The translations under genes were made by a program, and so were the position numbers. From Geobacter metallireducens GS-15 (GTDB lineage: Bacteria > Desulfobacterota > Desulfuromonadia > Geobacterales > Geobacteraceae), in assembly GCF_000012925.1 (NCBI RefSeq), contig NC_007517.1:390001-422000 (forward strand): DNA of 32,000 bases, given 5' to 3'. This document shows, piece after piece, positions 8,451 to 16,726 of the stretch. The notes beneath the pieces were generated by a model. It made no database searches and had not been told where the DNA came from. It saw nothing but the letters and a program-made list of their open reading frames with translations. Numbering within the stretch: position 1 is the first letter of the stretch; each line of letters starts with the position of its first letter.

Positions 8451-11400
8451 ATGACCCCTGCCCTGGAGCCAGCACCGACTCAACCGGTACGACGCCGTAC
8501 CCTTGCGTGCATCCTGGCATGCGTTGCGCTCTTCATCCTCTTCGTTCCCGTCGCCTTCAAGCTCTATCTGACCTCGCCCCAGGCGGCCAGCCATCTCTCC
8601 CGCCTTCTCACGGACTCCCTGCGCTCCCCCGTGACCGTTGCCGCCTTGGAAACCCGCGGCGGTACGGTCGTTATCCGGGGTCTTTCAGTGGCCAATCCCC
8701 CCGGTTTCTCCGCCGCCCCTCTGGCTGTCGTCGACACCCTTGCCATTACTCCACGCTGGTTTGGGCTCCTCTGGGGCGACCGCAGGTTCAGTCGCATCGA
8801 AATCCGCGGAGCGAGGGTTGTCGCGGAAAAAAACAGGGGCGGGGTTTGGAACGTGGTGGAACTGCAGCGTCGGTTGCCGAAGAAGAGATCTCCCGCCAGG
8901 GAGACGCGGATCGACGAACTGATACTCCGTTCCTGGTCGATGACTGTGGAGGGACGGAGCGTTGCGGGCATTGCATTCCGGATCAGGGACCTCGCCACGC
9001 GGGGGTCGACCGATTCACGTCTGGATCTGGCCTTCGCAGACGGCGCAGGCAACCGCTACCGGATCGAGGGGAACGCCCGTCCCGGTCCGGCGTCCGCCTT
9101 TGACCTGATGCTCACGGCCCCTTCCCTGACCCTCGCCCCCCTTGCTGATGTGATCAAGCGCCATGAGCTGTTCCTGGAGCAGGGGACCGGTGCCCTGCGG
9201 CTCAGGGTAGCGCTTGAGGGGGGAGTACTCAGGGCGGACGGGATCATGGACTTTGGCAAGATCGCTGTCAGGGGTGGCAAGGGGACTCTCCTTCTTGCCG
9301 GTCGCGTGAACCTTCGGGGGGACTATGATCCCCGGCGGGACGAGGCCCACGTTACAAGCCTCGCCATAACCCTCGCGGATCTCGCAACGGCCCGGGTTGC
9401 TGCTAAGGTGAACCGGGTGCGGAAGGAGCGGGCTTTCTCTGCCGATGTCAGCCTGGACGAGGTGGATCTGAAGCGCCTTTCCCCCCTGGTCGCAGCCGTG
9501 ACAGGGCGCCCTCTTTCCCTGGCCGGGCAGGTGGGAAGCCGGAATCTCCATGTCGCCGGTGACGGTGCCCGGGGGATGATCGCCATTGAGGGGGGGGGCG
9601 TTGCCCGGGACGTGGTGGTTTCCCTTGGCGGCCGCCTCCTTGTCAAGGGGGGGGAAGGGATAGTTTCCCTGGCGTCGGCTCCCGGGGGGATCCTTGCCAA
9701 GGGAACATTCTCCACCCCGCGAAATACGGAAGATGCCCTTGTCGAGAAGATTGAACTTCCCTTCGCCCTGCTCCTGACACCACGTTTCAAGCCCCTGGAT
9801 GTCCAGGTGCCGTCACTGGCGGCCCGCATCATGGGGGTGCCGCTCACCGGCCATCTCAGTTTCAGGCCTGGTTCGCAACGCCCCTTGCTTGCGTCGCTCC
9901 ATGTTCCATCAACGTCCCTCGTGCTCTTTTCGCCCTATCTGTCACGCTACGGCCTTCGCCCCACCAGCGGCACAACCTCTCTGGCTCTCGACCTCCAGGG
10001 GAAGGGGGCGGCGGATTTCGATGGTGAAGCTGCCATTCGGGTTGATTCCCTGGCGGCTGAAGTGCAGGGGAAGCGGGCCATCCTCGGCACAGGGGAGGTT
10101 CACTCCCGCTTCAAACGGAGCGGAGAGCATCTGTCAGCCACGGGTACGGCTCGGCTCGACGGGGCGGAATTCAACGGGAACGGGGGGGGAATCAGCACCA
10201 CCTTCTCCTTTGCAGACCGGAGCCTTACCCTGGAAGATGTCAGGGGGAGTTTCGCCGCAACGATGGTCTCCGCCGGCCGCGCGACCCTGACGCTTCCGGC
10301 CGTGAAGGCGGGAGCTGCTCCGGAGCCTCGTCCCCTCTTGCTCCAGTTGGCGGGCGGAGCAGTTCGTCGCGGCGATGTCGAGGCAACGGGCCTTTCGGCC
10401 TCGCTCCGGGGCAGTCTCCATGCCGATCCCAAGGGCCGCTGGTTCGAGGGGGGGGGAGCCGTTTTCGCCGAACGGCTAGCCCTCCGGGGAGCCCCGGTGG
10501 GGGCGCCGTCGCTTCGGTTCACCCTGTCGCGGAGTGCAGGGGAGGTAGACCTTGGCGGGAAGCTCCTGGACGGAACCATGAGCGGTCAGGCATCCTTCGA
10601 TCCCCGCTCGCCTGCAACGGGCGCATCCTTTTCTCTGGGGGTTAAGGACGGAAAGCTGGCGCTCGCGAGGACGCTTCTTCCCGGAAAGCAGCCGGTAGTC
10701 CCGGCCGATGGTTTGGTGTCCGGGACGGTCGCCGGTTCATTTGCCCGCGCCGGCGGGTTGTCGGCCCGGATCGATCTCCGTGCTGACGGCGTCGCCCTGG
10801 CAGGGGAGGGGGGGAAGCGCCTTCTCTCGGGCGGGGGAGCACGTATCGCCGGGCGGGTGGAGGGGGAGCGGGTCGTGCTGCAGGAGAGTTCCGCCACCTT
10901 CGGAGAGGGGGCCACCCTTCGGCTGCAGGGGGAGATGGAGCGGGTTCTCTCGCCCCAGCGGGCCGGGCGTCTTACCTTCTCCCTTCCCGCAACTCCCCTT
11001 GACCGCCTCATTGATCCGGTAGTGAACGCACTTCCCCGCTTCATCCAGGAGGCGACCGTCGCGGGGAGCGTGGCAGCCGAGGGGACCGCCGTGCTGAAAG
11101 GGAAGGGGGGGGGCGTTGACGGTACTCTCACCTTCGACGGGGTGAGCCTCGACGTCCCGTCCCAGAAGCTCCTGGTGAGCGGCGTGCACGGCACCGTTCC
11201 CTTCTCCCTTGAGTCCTCTCCTGGCACGTACCGGCGAGCCCGGGACGAAGTGGGATTCACCAAGGAGAATTTTACGCGACTTCTGGAGCAGTTCCGACAG
11301 ACGCCGACGGCTGATCGGACCCTGACGGTCGGCAAACTCCGTTTCGGCCCCCTGGAACTGGGAGAGACGACGGCATTCCTGCGGAGCGCCAATGGTGTCG

Positions 11401-11999
11401 TGGAGCTGACCTCCCTGCGTTCGGGCCTTTCGGGAGGGGAGGTGCTCGGCAGGGGGTTCGTTGCCATGAAGGGGGGGCTTGCCTACGGCTGCGATATCCT
11501 GGTGTACGACCTGAGCCTGCGGCGTTTCTGCGATGCCATTCCGAAAATCAAGGGGTATGTCTCGGGCCGCCTGGACGGAATCGCGAGCCTCAAGGGCGCG
11601 GGAAAAGGGATAGCAGGGCTCGACGGCATTACCGATCTCTGGGTGCGGAATACGAAGGGAGAGAAGATGCTCCTCTCCAAGGAGTTTCTCCAGCGGCTCG
11701 CCGGCAAGAAGCTGAAAGGCTTCTTCTTCCGGGACGATCGCCCGTTCGACCGCGGCGAGGTGAGTGCCTACCTGGAGGAGGGCTATCTTACCTTCACGAC
11801 CCTGGACATTTCCCATACGAACCTGCTGGGAATGCGGGATCTGAGTGTCACCGTGGCGCCGGTTCAGAACCGGATCGCCATTGACCACCTCTTCAGCGCC
11901 TTGAAAGAGGCGGCGACCAGGGGGAAGGCGGTCTCGCGGGGTGACGAGGCCCCCGCGGCCGAGCCCCCTGTCCAGACCGACTTCCAGTGGCGTGACTGA
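8451..11999 (+). CDS. Giant AsmA-like / YdbH-like envelope protein (putative intermembrane lipid-bridge protein), N-terminally membrane anchored
   Basis: The start is set at ATG 8451 (AGGAGG upstream). The track start at 8331 would read through the HU terminator. N-terminal anchor RRRTLACILACVALFILFVPVAFKLYL is followed by an AsmA-family-like opening (...PVTVAALETRGGTVVIRGLSVANPPGF). About 1150 aa are Gly/Val/Leu/Ala-rich repetitive beta-strand sequence with no cofactor motifs. The gene immediately downstream is a DUF1318/YdbL-type gene, as in E. coli ydbH-ynbE-ydbL. Family assignment rests on context and recollection. Confidence 0.65.
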   Translation: MTPALEPAPTQPVRRRTLACILACVALFILFVPVAFKLYLTSPQAASHLSRLLTDSLRSPVTVAALETRGGTVVIRGLSVANPPGFSAAPLAVVDTLAITPRWFGLLWGDRRFSRIEIRGARVVAEKNRGGVWNVVELQRRLPKKRSPARETRIDELILRSWSMTVEGRSVAGIAFRIRDLATRGSTDSRLDLAFADGAGNRYRIEGNARPGPASAFDLMLTAPSLTLAPLADVIKRHELFLEQGTGALRLRVALEGGVLRADGIMDFGKIAVRGGKGTLLLAGRVNLRGDYDPRRDEAHVTSLAITLADLATARVAAKVNRVRKERAFSADVSLDEVDLKRLSPLVAAVTGRPLSLAGQVGSRNLHVAGDGARGMIAIEGGGVARDVVVSLGGRLLVKGGEGIVSLASAPGGILAKGTFSTPRNTEDALVEKIELPFALLLTPRFKPLDVQVPSLAARIMGVPLTGHLSFRPGSQRPLLASLHVPSTSLVLFSPYLSRYGLRPTSGTTSLALDLQGKGAADFDGEAAIRVDSLAAEVQGKRAILGTGEVHSRFKRSGEHLSATGTARLDGAEFNGNGGGISTTFSFADRSLTLEDVRGSFAATMVSAGRATLTLPAVKAGAAPEPRPLLLQLAGGAVRRGDVEATGLSASLRGSLHADPKGRWFEGGGAVFAERLALRGAPVGAPSLRFTLSRSAGEVDLGGKLLDGTMSGQASFDPRSPATGASFSLGVKDGKLALARTLLPGKQPVVPADGLVSGTVAGSFARAGGLSARIDLRADGVALAGEGGKRLLSGGGARIAGRVEGERVVLQESSATFGEGATLRLQGEMERVLSPQRAGRLTFSLPATPLDRLIDPVVNALPRFIQEATVAGSVAAEGTAVLKGKGGGVDGTLTFDGVSLDVPSQKLLVSGVHGTVPFSLESSPGTYRRARDEVGFTKENFTRLLEQFRQTPTADRTLTVGKLRFGPLELGETTAFLRSANGVVELTSLRSGLSGGEVLGRGFVAMKGGLAYGCDILVYDLSLRRFCDAIPKIKGYVSGRLDGIASLKGAGKGIAGLDGITDLWVRNTKGEKMLLSKEFLQRLAGKKLKGFFFRDDRPFDRGEVSAYLEEGYLTFTTLDISHTNLLGMRDLSVTVAPVQNRIAIDHLFSALKEAATRGKAVSRGDEAPAAEPPVQTDFQWRD

Positions 12000-12077
12000 G
12001 GAACACGCTCTTGCGCTCCCATCTCCGGGCAGATGTGCTATAGTACCGGCAGTACCTTGCGAAACGAGGAGGAATCC

Positions 12078-12737
12078 ATGAAACGAACCATCATGAAAGC
12101 CCTGCTGGCAGGACTCTTCGGCATGCTTGCCGCCTGCGCCATCATCACCGTCAATGTCTATTTTCCCGAAAAGGCGGTGAAGGAGGCCTACAAATCCCTT
12201 GACGAGATGCTCCTGAAGCCGGGGGAAGAGAAGCCAGCCCCGGACGGGCAGAAGCCAGCCGAAGAAAAACCGGCGCCTGGGCCCCAGAGCAAACTCCTGA
12301 AGGGGTTCTCCTCCTTTGCCTTGGTTGGGGAGGCCTTTGCCGCCGATAACTATGCGGATCAACTGGCCATCGAGATTTCCGGCATGCCCGAGGTGCTGAA
12401 GGCCTATGACGAGATGAAGGCGCGGCTTCCGCAGCTGGACCTCCTGCGGGACCAGGGGGTGGTTGGAGAGACCAACCAGGGGCTCGTGACGATCCGCGAC
12501 AAGGGGAAGGCCACGCCCCAGGACGAGGCCCTGGTCAAGGCGGAGGTGGCGAACCGCAAGACGGTCATCACTGCCATGGCGCGGGCGATCCTGAAGCTCA
12601 ACAAGCAGCCCGAGTCCAAAGCGACCATCGGCCAGGTGCTCCCCAAGGCGGCTGCCACCTATGCCGATGCCAAGAGGGAGGCGGCAAAGCCGGGGTGGTG
12701 GACACAGCTGGCTAACGGGAGATGGGTCCAGAAATAG
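12078..12737 (+). CDS. Lipoprotein with a YnbE-like N-terminal segment, a Pro/Lys/Glu-rich linker and a C-terminal DUF1318 (YdbL-like) domain
   Basis: The start is at ATG 12078 (GAGGAGG 6-7 nt upstream). Lipobox L-A-A-C (MKRTIMKALLAGLFGMLAAC). The mature N-terminus AIITVNVYFPEKAVKEAYKSLDEMLL resembles the YnbE core. Linker: KPGEEKPAPDGQKPAEEKPAPGPQ. The C-terminal LRDQGVVGETNQGLV...KAEVANRK...KPGWWTQLANGRWVQK matches my memory of the DUF1318/YdbL pattern. Confidence 0.7.
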   Translation: MKRTIMKALLAGLFGMLAACAIITVNVYFPEKAVKEAYKSLDEMLLKPGEEKPAPDGQKPAEEKPAPGPQSKLLKGFSSFALVGEAFAADNYADQLAIEISGMPEVLKAYDEMKARLPQLDLLRDQGVVGETNQGLVTIRDKGKATPQDEALVKAEVANRKTVITAMARAILKLNKQPESKATIGQVLPKAAATYADAKREAAKPGWWTQLANGRWVQK

Positions 12738-12767
12738 GAAGAGATCGACATGCGTCGGACGAGGAGG

Positions 12768-12794
12768 GGCGGGGACGATATCCCCGCCTTTTCT
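12768..12794 (+). terminator. Rho-independent terminator after the YdbL-like gene (in the convergent gap with the MATE gene)
   Basis: GGCGGGGA cgata TCCCCGCC followed by TTTTCT. Confidence 0.6.
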
Positions 12795-12797
12795 GTG

Positions 12798-14156
12798 TCA
12801 GATGACTACCGCGTGGAGGTCCCGCTGCCGGTACCGCCACCAGAAGGCGACGGCCCTCGCGTACCAGTCGATGACGAAGACCCCCCAGACGGCGTAGAGG
12901 GAGAGGTGGAGCCAGTCGGCCGCCACCCATGAGAGGAAGACCCGCACCCCCCACATGGTGCCGAGGGTCACCAGGAAGACGTAGAAGGTGTCGCCGGTCC
13001 CCCGCAGGCTCCCGGCGTAGACGAAGGAGAGGGCCAGGGGGACCTGGGCGAAGGCCACCAGCCGCAGGAAGACGATTCCCTTCTCGATGACCGCCGGGTC
13101 ATGGGTGAAGAGTCCGATGAGGGGCCCGGGCAGCGTCAGGAAGACGGCCGCCATGGTCCCCATCACCATGACCGCCAGACGCAGCGCCTCACGGTGGCTG
13201 ATCCGCGCCCGGCGGTATTTTTTTGCTCCGAGGGCCTGCCCCATGAGGGTGGCCGCGGCGATCCCCATGCCGGCCCCGGGCATGAAGGAGAGGGACTCGA
13301 TGGAGAGCCCGATCTGGTGCGCCGCGTAGGCGGCGGTGCCGTAGCTGATGATGAATTTCGAGTAGAAGAGCTGCCCTCCCTGCTGGGCGACCCGCTCCAG
13401 GGCCACGGGCCACCCCACCCGCCAGATGCGCTGGAAGAGCCCCGTGTCGGGGCGCCCCACCCGGATATAGCGGAGTCTCATGGCCTGGATCAGGAGGTAG
13501 AAAAAGCCGATGGCCTCGGAGGCGTTGATGGCGATGGCCGCGCCGGTCACCCCCATGGCGGGGAGACCCAGCTTGCCGTAGATGAGGGGCCAGGCCATGA
13601 GCACGTGGAGGACATTCACAAGGAGAATGGCGGTCATGGGGGTCCGGGTGTTGCCGGTGCCGTGCATGATGGCCGAGAGGATGTTGAGCCCCGTGGTGAA
13701 GGCCAGATAGAGAAAGACCAGCCGGGTATAGCCGGCGGCCAGGTGGAGGACGTCATCCTTCGCGCCGAGAAAGGCGGCCAGATCGCCGCTGAAGAACCAC
13801 CCCAAGGTCGAGGCCGCCGCCGTCATGGCGGCACAGGCGAGGCAGGCGGCAAAGGCGGCCCGGCGGGCTTCCCGGCGCTGTCCCGCTCCCCAGAGGTGAG
13901 CGATCACCACCGTGGTGCCAGTGGCAAGCCCCCAGAAGACCGTCATGGTCACGAAGACGAGGAGCTGGCCGAGCCCCGTGGCCGCGATGGCCGCTGCGCC
14001 GAGCCCCCCCACGAGGAAGATGTCGACGATGGCCACGAGACGCTGGAAGAGGGACGAGAGGAGGACCGGAAGCGACAGGTTCATGACATTGCGGCGGATG
14101 GAGATCCGCTTTTTCCGCTCCCTGAAGTGTCGTGTCGTAAATCCTCTTCCCGTCAT
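12798..14156 (-). CDS. MATE-family multidrug/toxic-compound efflux transporter
   Basis: Twelve predicted hydrophobic segments. The N-terminus ...NVMNLSLPVLLSSLFQRLVAIVDIFLVGGLGAAAIAATG is the typical MATE opening. The preferred start is ATG 14156 (AGGGGA 6 nt upstream); the track start at 14186 is a GTG 10 codons further up. Confidence 0.9.
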   Translation of the reverse strand: MTGRGFTTRHFRERKKRISIRRNVMNLSLPVLLSSLFQRLVAIVDIFLVGGLGAAAIAATGLGQLLVFVTMTVFWGLATGTTVVIAHLWGAGQRREARRAAFAACLACAAMTAAASTLGWFFSGDLAAFLGAKDDVLHLAAGYTRLVFLYLAFTTGLNILSAIMHGTGNTRTPMTAILLVNVLHVLMAWPLIYGKLGLPAMGVTGAAIAINASEAIGFFYLLIQAMRLRYIRVGRPDTGLFQRIWRVGWPVALERVAQQGGQLFYSKFIISYGTAAYAAHQIGLSIESLSFMPGAGMGIAAATLMGQALGAKKYRRARISHREALRLAVMVMGTMAAVFLTLPGPLIGLFTHDPAVIEKGIVFLRLVAFAQVPLALSFVYAGSLRGTGDTFYVFLVTLGTMWGVRVFLSWVAADWLHLSLYAVWGVFVIDWYARAVAFWWRYRQRDLHAVVI

Positions 14157-14344
14157 CCCGTATCCCCTAACCCCCCTGTCGGTCACGGCGTTCCCGTCTT
14201 CCGGCCCATGTCATCAGATCATTGTCCCTTTCCGTGAACGTCATGCTTTCGCCTGGAAACTATGCGGTTCCCCCCCGTGATTTGCAAGCGCTTTTTGCGC
14301 GGGACCCGGGCTGGTTGTCCCAACATAGTTGACGCGGAGTGCAG

Positions 14345-14373
14345 AGTGTACCAGCAGGAAAATAAATTGTGAA
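14345..14373 (-). promoter_or_regulatory. Candidate promoter of the MATE gene
   Basis: On the minus strand: TTCACA (14373-14368), a 17-nt spacer, then TACACT (14350-14345). Its -35 overlaps, back to back, the -35 of the marR candidate promoter. Confidence 0.4.
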
Positions 14374-14395
14374 CAAATAAATAGTATGCTATTTA
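14367..14395 (+). promoter_or_regulatory. Candidate promoter of the marR-family gene, positioned for a leaderless or near-leaderless transcript
   Basis: TTGTGA (14367-14372), a 17-nt spacer, then TATTTA (14390-14395). The A of the ATG (14402) lies 7 nt downstream of the -10, and there is no Shine-Dalgarno sequence upstream. Confidence 0.3.
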
Positions 14396-14398
14396 TAT
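14375..14398. promoter_or_regulatory. Palindromic candidate MarR operator
   Basis: AAATAAATAG tatg CTATTTATAT. The arms ATAAATAG/CTATTTAT (14377-14384 / 14389-14396) are a perfect 8-bp pair with a 4-nt spacer. It lies inside the marR spacer/-10 and next to both -35 boxes. Confidence 0.5.
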
Positions 14399-14401
14399 TG
14401 C

Positions 14402-14866
14402 ATGAACCTGTCTGACGAAAAAATTGGTCGCAGCAACCTCTTTTATCGGCTCGGTCTCCTGACACGGCACTGGCGCCAGGTCCTGGATACTGACTTCCAG
14501 TTTGCCGGCTTGACCGACGCCACCTGGCGTCCCCTCCTTCACCTCCATCTCCTCGGTGATGGGACTCGGCAGAAGGATTTGGCAGCGTCGATCGGCATCG
14601 AGGGGCCCTCACTCGTCCGTCTCCTCGATACCCTTATCGCCAAAGGGCTGATAGAGCGTTTAGAAGATGTCACGGACCGCCGGGCGAAGCTGCTCAACCT
14701 GACTCCCGAGGGCCGCGTGATTGTGGCTCGGATCCAGGAAACGGTGACGGCCCTGGAAAACGATCTCCTCAGCCCCTTCAGCGACGACGAGATTGCCCGG
14801 GTGGCGGAATTCATCGAACGGCTTGAATCCACCGTGAACGAGGCCCGGCGGAGGGGAAAGAGATGA
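14402..14866 (+). CDS. MarR-family transcriptional regulator
   Basis: 154 aa. The winged-helix region ...TRQKDLAASIGIEGPSLVRLLDTLIAKGLIERLEDVTDRRAKLLNLTPEG is the standard MarR DNA-binding signature. It is divergent from an efflux pump gene. Confidence 0.9.
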   Translation: MNLSDEKIGRSNLFYRLGLLTRHWRQVLDTDFQFAGLTDATWRPLLHLHLLGDGTRQKDLAASIGIEGPSLVRLLDTLIAKGLIERLEDVTDRRAKLLNLTPEGRVIVARIQETVTALENDLLSPFSDDEIARVAEFIERLESTVNEARRRGKR

Positions 14867-14933
14867 TGCGTCGCGCAGTCCTGCCGATCCTGTGGCCGCG
14901 CCTCGCGCCGTGGCGGGACTTCAGGGGAGCATC

Positions 14934-15266
14934 ATGCCCTATCTGAGATTCAAGGGATTCGACGAGGGCTTTCTGCGGAAGCTCGGTCCCCTGGTCGTGG
15001 AGGAGTTCTCCCGCGTGGCGGTCGTCCCGCCGGAAGTGGTCAAGATCGAGCTGCTGAACATCGTGCAGATAACGGCCACCCCCCGCTCGCTGGAGATATT
15101 CATTTTTCCGCGGGACCAGAAAAAACATGATGCCATCGCGGCAACCCTCGCCGGCATCCTGGGCCGGTACGGCTACGACGATGTGCATATCTTCTTTGTC
15201 CTTCTCTCCCCCTCCCTCTACTACAAGGAAGGGATCCCGCTCAATAACGTCAGCTGGCTTCCCTGA
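14934..15266 (+). CDS. Small conserved protein, DUF1904 / tautomerase-superfamily-like (Pro at position 2)
   Basis: The start is set at ATG 14934 (GGGGAG upstream); the track ORF begins at an upstream GTG. MPYLRFKGFDEGFLRKLGPLVVEEFSRV... has the MP-x-x-R-F opening and the ~110-aa size I associate with DUF1904. Assignment is from memory only. Confidence 0.5.
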   Translation: MPYLRFKGFDEGFLRKLGPLVVEEFSRVAVVPPEVVKIELLNIVQITATPRSLEIFIFPRDQKKHDAIAATLAGILGRYGYDDVHIFFVLLSPSLYYKEGIPLNNVSWLP

Positions 15267-15317
15267 TGAAAGCATGCCGTGGAGGCATTTTCACTGCTCA
15301 CCGCGAAAGGAGTCATT

Positions 15318-16052
15318 ATGGATCTCAAAGGTAAAACCGTTTTGGTTACCGGTGCCAACGGCGGCATCGGCGGCGCCCTGGTCAGGACATTGCTGGACAA
15401 GGGAGTTGCCAAGGTCTACGCCGCTGCCCGGAGTATCGACGCCGTGGCTGATTTGGCCCACGGTGGTGACGACAGGGTCGTCGCGCTCCGCCTTGACGTG
15501 ACCCAAGCCGCCAGCGTGGCTGGCACGGCGGAGCAGTGCCGGGACGTGGACCTGATCATCAACAACGCCGGCGTCAACCGCTGCACGGGGTTCATGAGCC
15601 CCACCACCCTTGAGGACGCCCGGCTGGAGATGGAGGTCAACTACTTCGGCACCTTGGCCATGTGCCGGGCCTTCGCGCCGGTGCTGGCTTCTCGCGGCGG
15701 CGGGGCCATCGTGAACGTCTGTTCCATCATCGGCTTGGTCAACCTCCCCGTCAACGGGACCTATTGCGCATCCAAGGCCGCGGGGCACTCCCTGTTGCAG
15801 GGGCTCCGTGCCGAACTGGCACCCGGGGCAATCCGGGTGATCGGCGTCTATCCCGGCCCGGTGGACACGAAGATGACGGCGGGGCAGGAGATGCCCAAAG
15901 CGACAACGGAGCAGGTTGCCGCCGCCATTCTGGCAGGGGTGGAGAAGGGGGACGAGTACATCTTCCCCGATCCCATGTCGCAGCATGTCCATGCCATGCT
16001 TGAAAAGGACCCCCGTCAGGTGGAGAGGGATTTCGGGGCCATGGCCGGCTGA
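15318..16052 (+). CDS. Short-chain dehydrogenase/reductase (classical SDR)
   Basis: The start is at ATG 15318 (AAGGAG upstream). Rossmann motif TGANGGIGGA, NNAG, and catalytic YCASKAA (YxxxK). Length 244 aa. Confidence 0.9.
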   Translation: MDLKGKTVLVTGANGGIGGALVRTLLDKGVAKVYAAARSIDAVADLAHGGDDRVVALRLDVTQAASVAGTAEQCRDVDLIINNAGVNRCTGFMSPTTLEDARLEMEVNYFGTLAMCRAFAPVLASRGGGAIVNVCSIIGLVNLPVNGTYCASKAAGHSLLQGLRAELAPGAIRVIGVYPGPVDTKMTAGQEMPKATTEQVAAAILAGVEKGDEYIFPDPMSQHVHAMLEKDPRQVERDFGAMAG

Positions 16053-16072
16053 TAATCCTGGACTATCCTCCT

Positions 16073-16120
16073 GAACGCATGAAAGCCGCAGTTTCGGTGA
16101 ACTGCGGCTTTCATGCGTTC
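16073..16120. terminator. Perfect 21-bp inverted repeat (6-nt loop) between the convergent SDR and ssb genes; probable bidirectional terminator or RNA-stabilising hairpin
   Basis: GAACGCATGAAAGCCGCAGTT tcggtg AACTGCGGCTTTCATGCGTTC. There is no clear U-tract on either side. Confidence 0.6.
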
Positions 16121-16140
16121 AAGGTTTCAGGCTACCGGGG

Positions 16141-16584
16141 TTAAAACGGAATATCGTCATCCGGGTTGAAGGCAGGTTCGTCGTAGGCCGGGCCGCCGCC
16201 GAAGCCGCCTTCCTGGCCGCCGCGTCCGCCGGAGCGCCCGCCGCCCCCTTCGCCCTTGCCGCCGAGCATCTGCATCCGCTCCCCCACCACCTCGGTGGAC
16301 CAGCGGTCGCGGCCTTCCTTGTCCTGCCACTTGCGGGTCTGGAGCCGCCCCTCGATGAAGACGGTCCGCCCCTTTGCCAGGTACTCGCCGGCGATCTCCG
16401 CCTGGCGCCCCCAGAGGACCACGTTGTGCCACTCGGTCTTCTCCTCGAACTCGCCGTTCCTGTTCTTGAACTTCTCGCTGGTGGCGAGGGAGAAGCTGGC
16501 CACCGCCGTACCGCCCGGGGTGTAGCGGACTTCGGGGTCCTTGCCGAGATTGCCGATGAGCATTACCTTGTTGAGACTTGCCAT
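16141..16584 (-). CDS. ssb: Single-stranded DNA-binding protein
   Basis: [37 protein letters not shown]... OB fold, a Gly-rich linker and the acidic tip DDDIPF. GAAGGAGGG lies upstream of the ATG. Confidence 0.97.
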   Translation of the reverse strand: MASLNKVMLIGNLGKDPEVRYTPGGTAVASFSLATSEKFKNRNGEFEEKTEWHNVVLWGRQAEIAGEYLAKGRTVFIEGRLQTRKWQDKEGRDRWSTEVVGERMQMLGGKGEGGGGRSGGRGGQEGGFGGGPAYDEPAFNPDDDIPF

Positions 16585-16630
16585 GGGAGCCCTCCTTCGG
16601 GGCGTTGATGTATGCCGAAAACCGCTGCAG

Positions 16631-16658
16631 TGTATAGGAATTGGGGGGATTCTGGCAA
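16631..16658 (-). promoter_or_regulatory. Candidate promoter of ssb
   Basis: On the minus strand: TTGCCA (16658-16653), a 16-nt spacer, then TATACA (16636-16631). Confidence 0.35.
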
Positions 16659-16726
16659 GCTATATTTGGTTTGACGAAGGATGGAAAAAGTCGTAAGGTT
16701 AACCGGATTTACACCCGGAGTCGTGA

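Noticed and set aside
8451-11999. Multiple G8-G9 homopolymer tracts in the YdbH-like gene (9590-9598, 10182-10189, 10448-10456, 11105-11113) as possible slipped-strand phase-variation switches
   Set aside because: Each simply encodes Gly-Gly-Gly in frame. Equally long G/C runs occur in essential genes here (ileS 2352-2359, PBP1A ~7299-7306, RNase J 18089-18096, and 22821-22829 in the NuoB-like gene). This looks like a genome-wide codon/composition habit rather than a contingency locus.
14157-14344. Guanidine-I (ykkC)-like riboswitch in the long MATE leader, prompted by GGGACAACCAGCCCGGG on the minus strand resembling the conserved GGGACAAAAGCCCGGG segment
   Set aside because: The 5' half of the motif (CUAGGGUUCCG...GGUCCGAGAG as I recall it) is absent and there is no associated terminator or sequestering hairpin. 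A partial match alone is not enough. A covariance-model scan (Rfam ykkC, mini-ykkC) would settle it.
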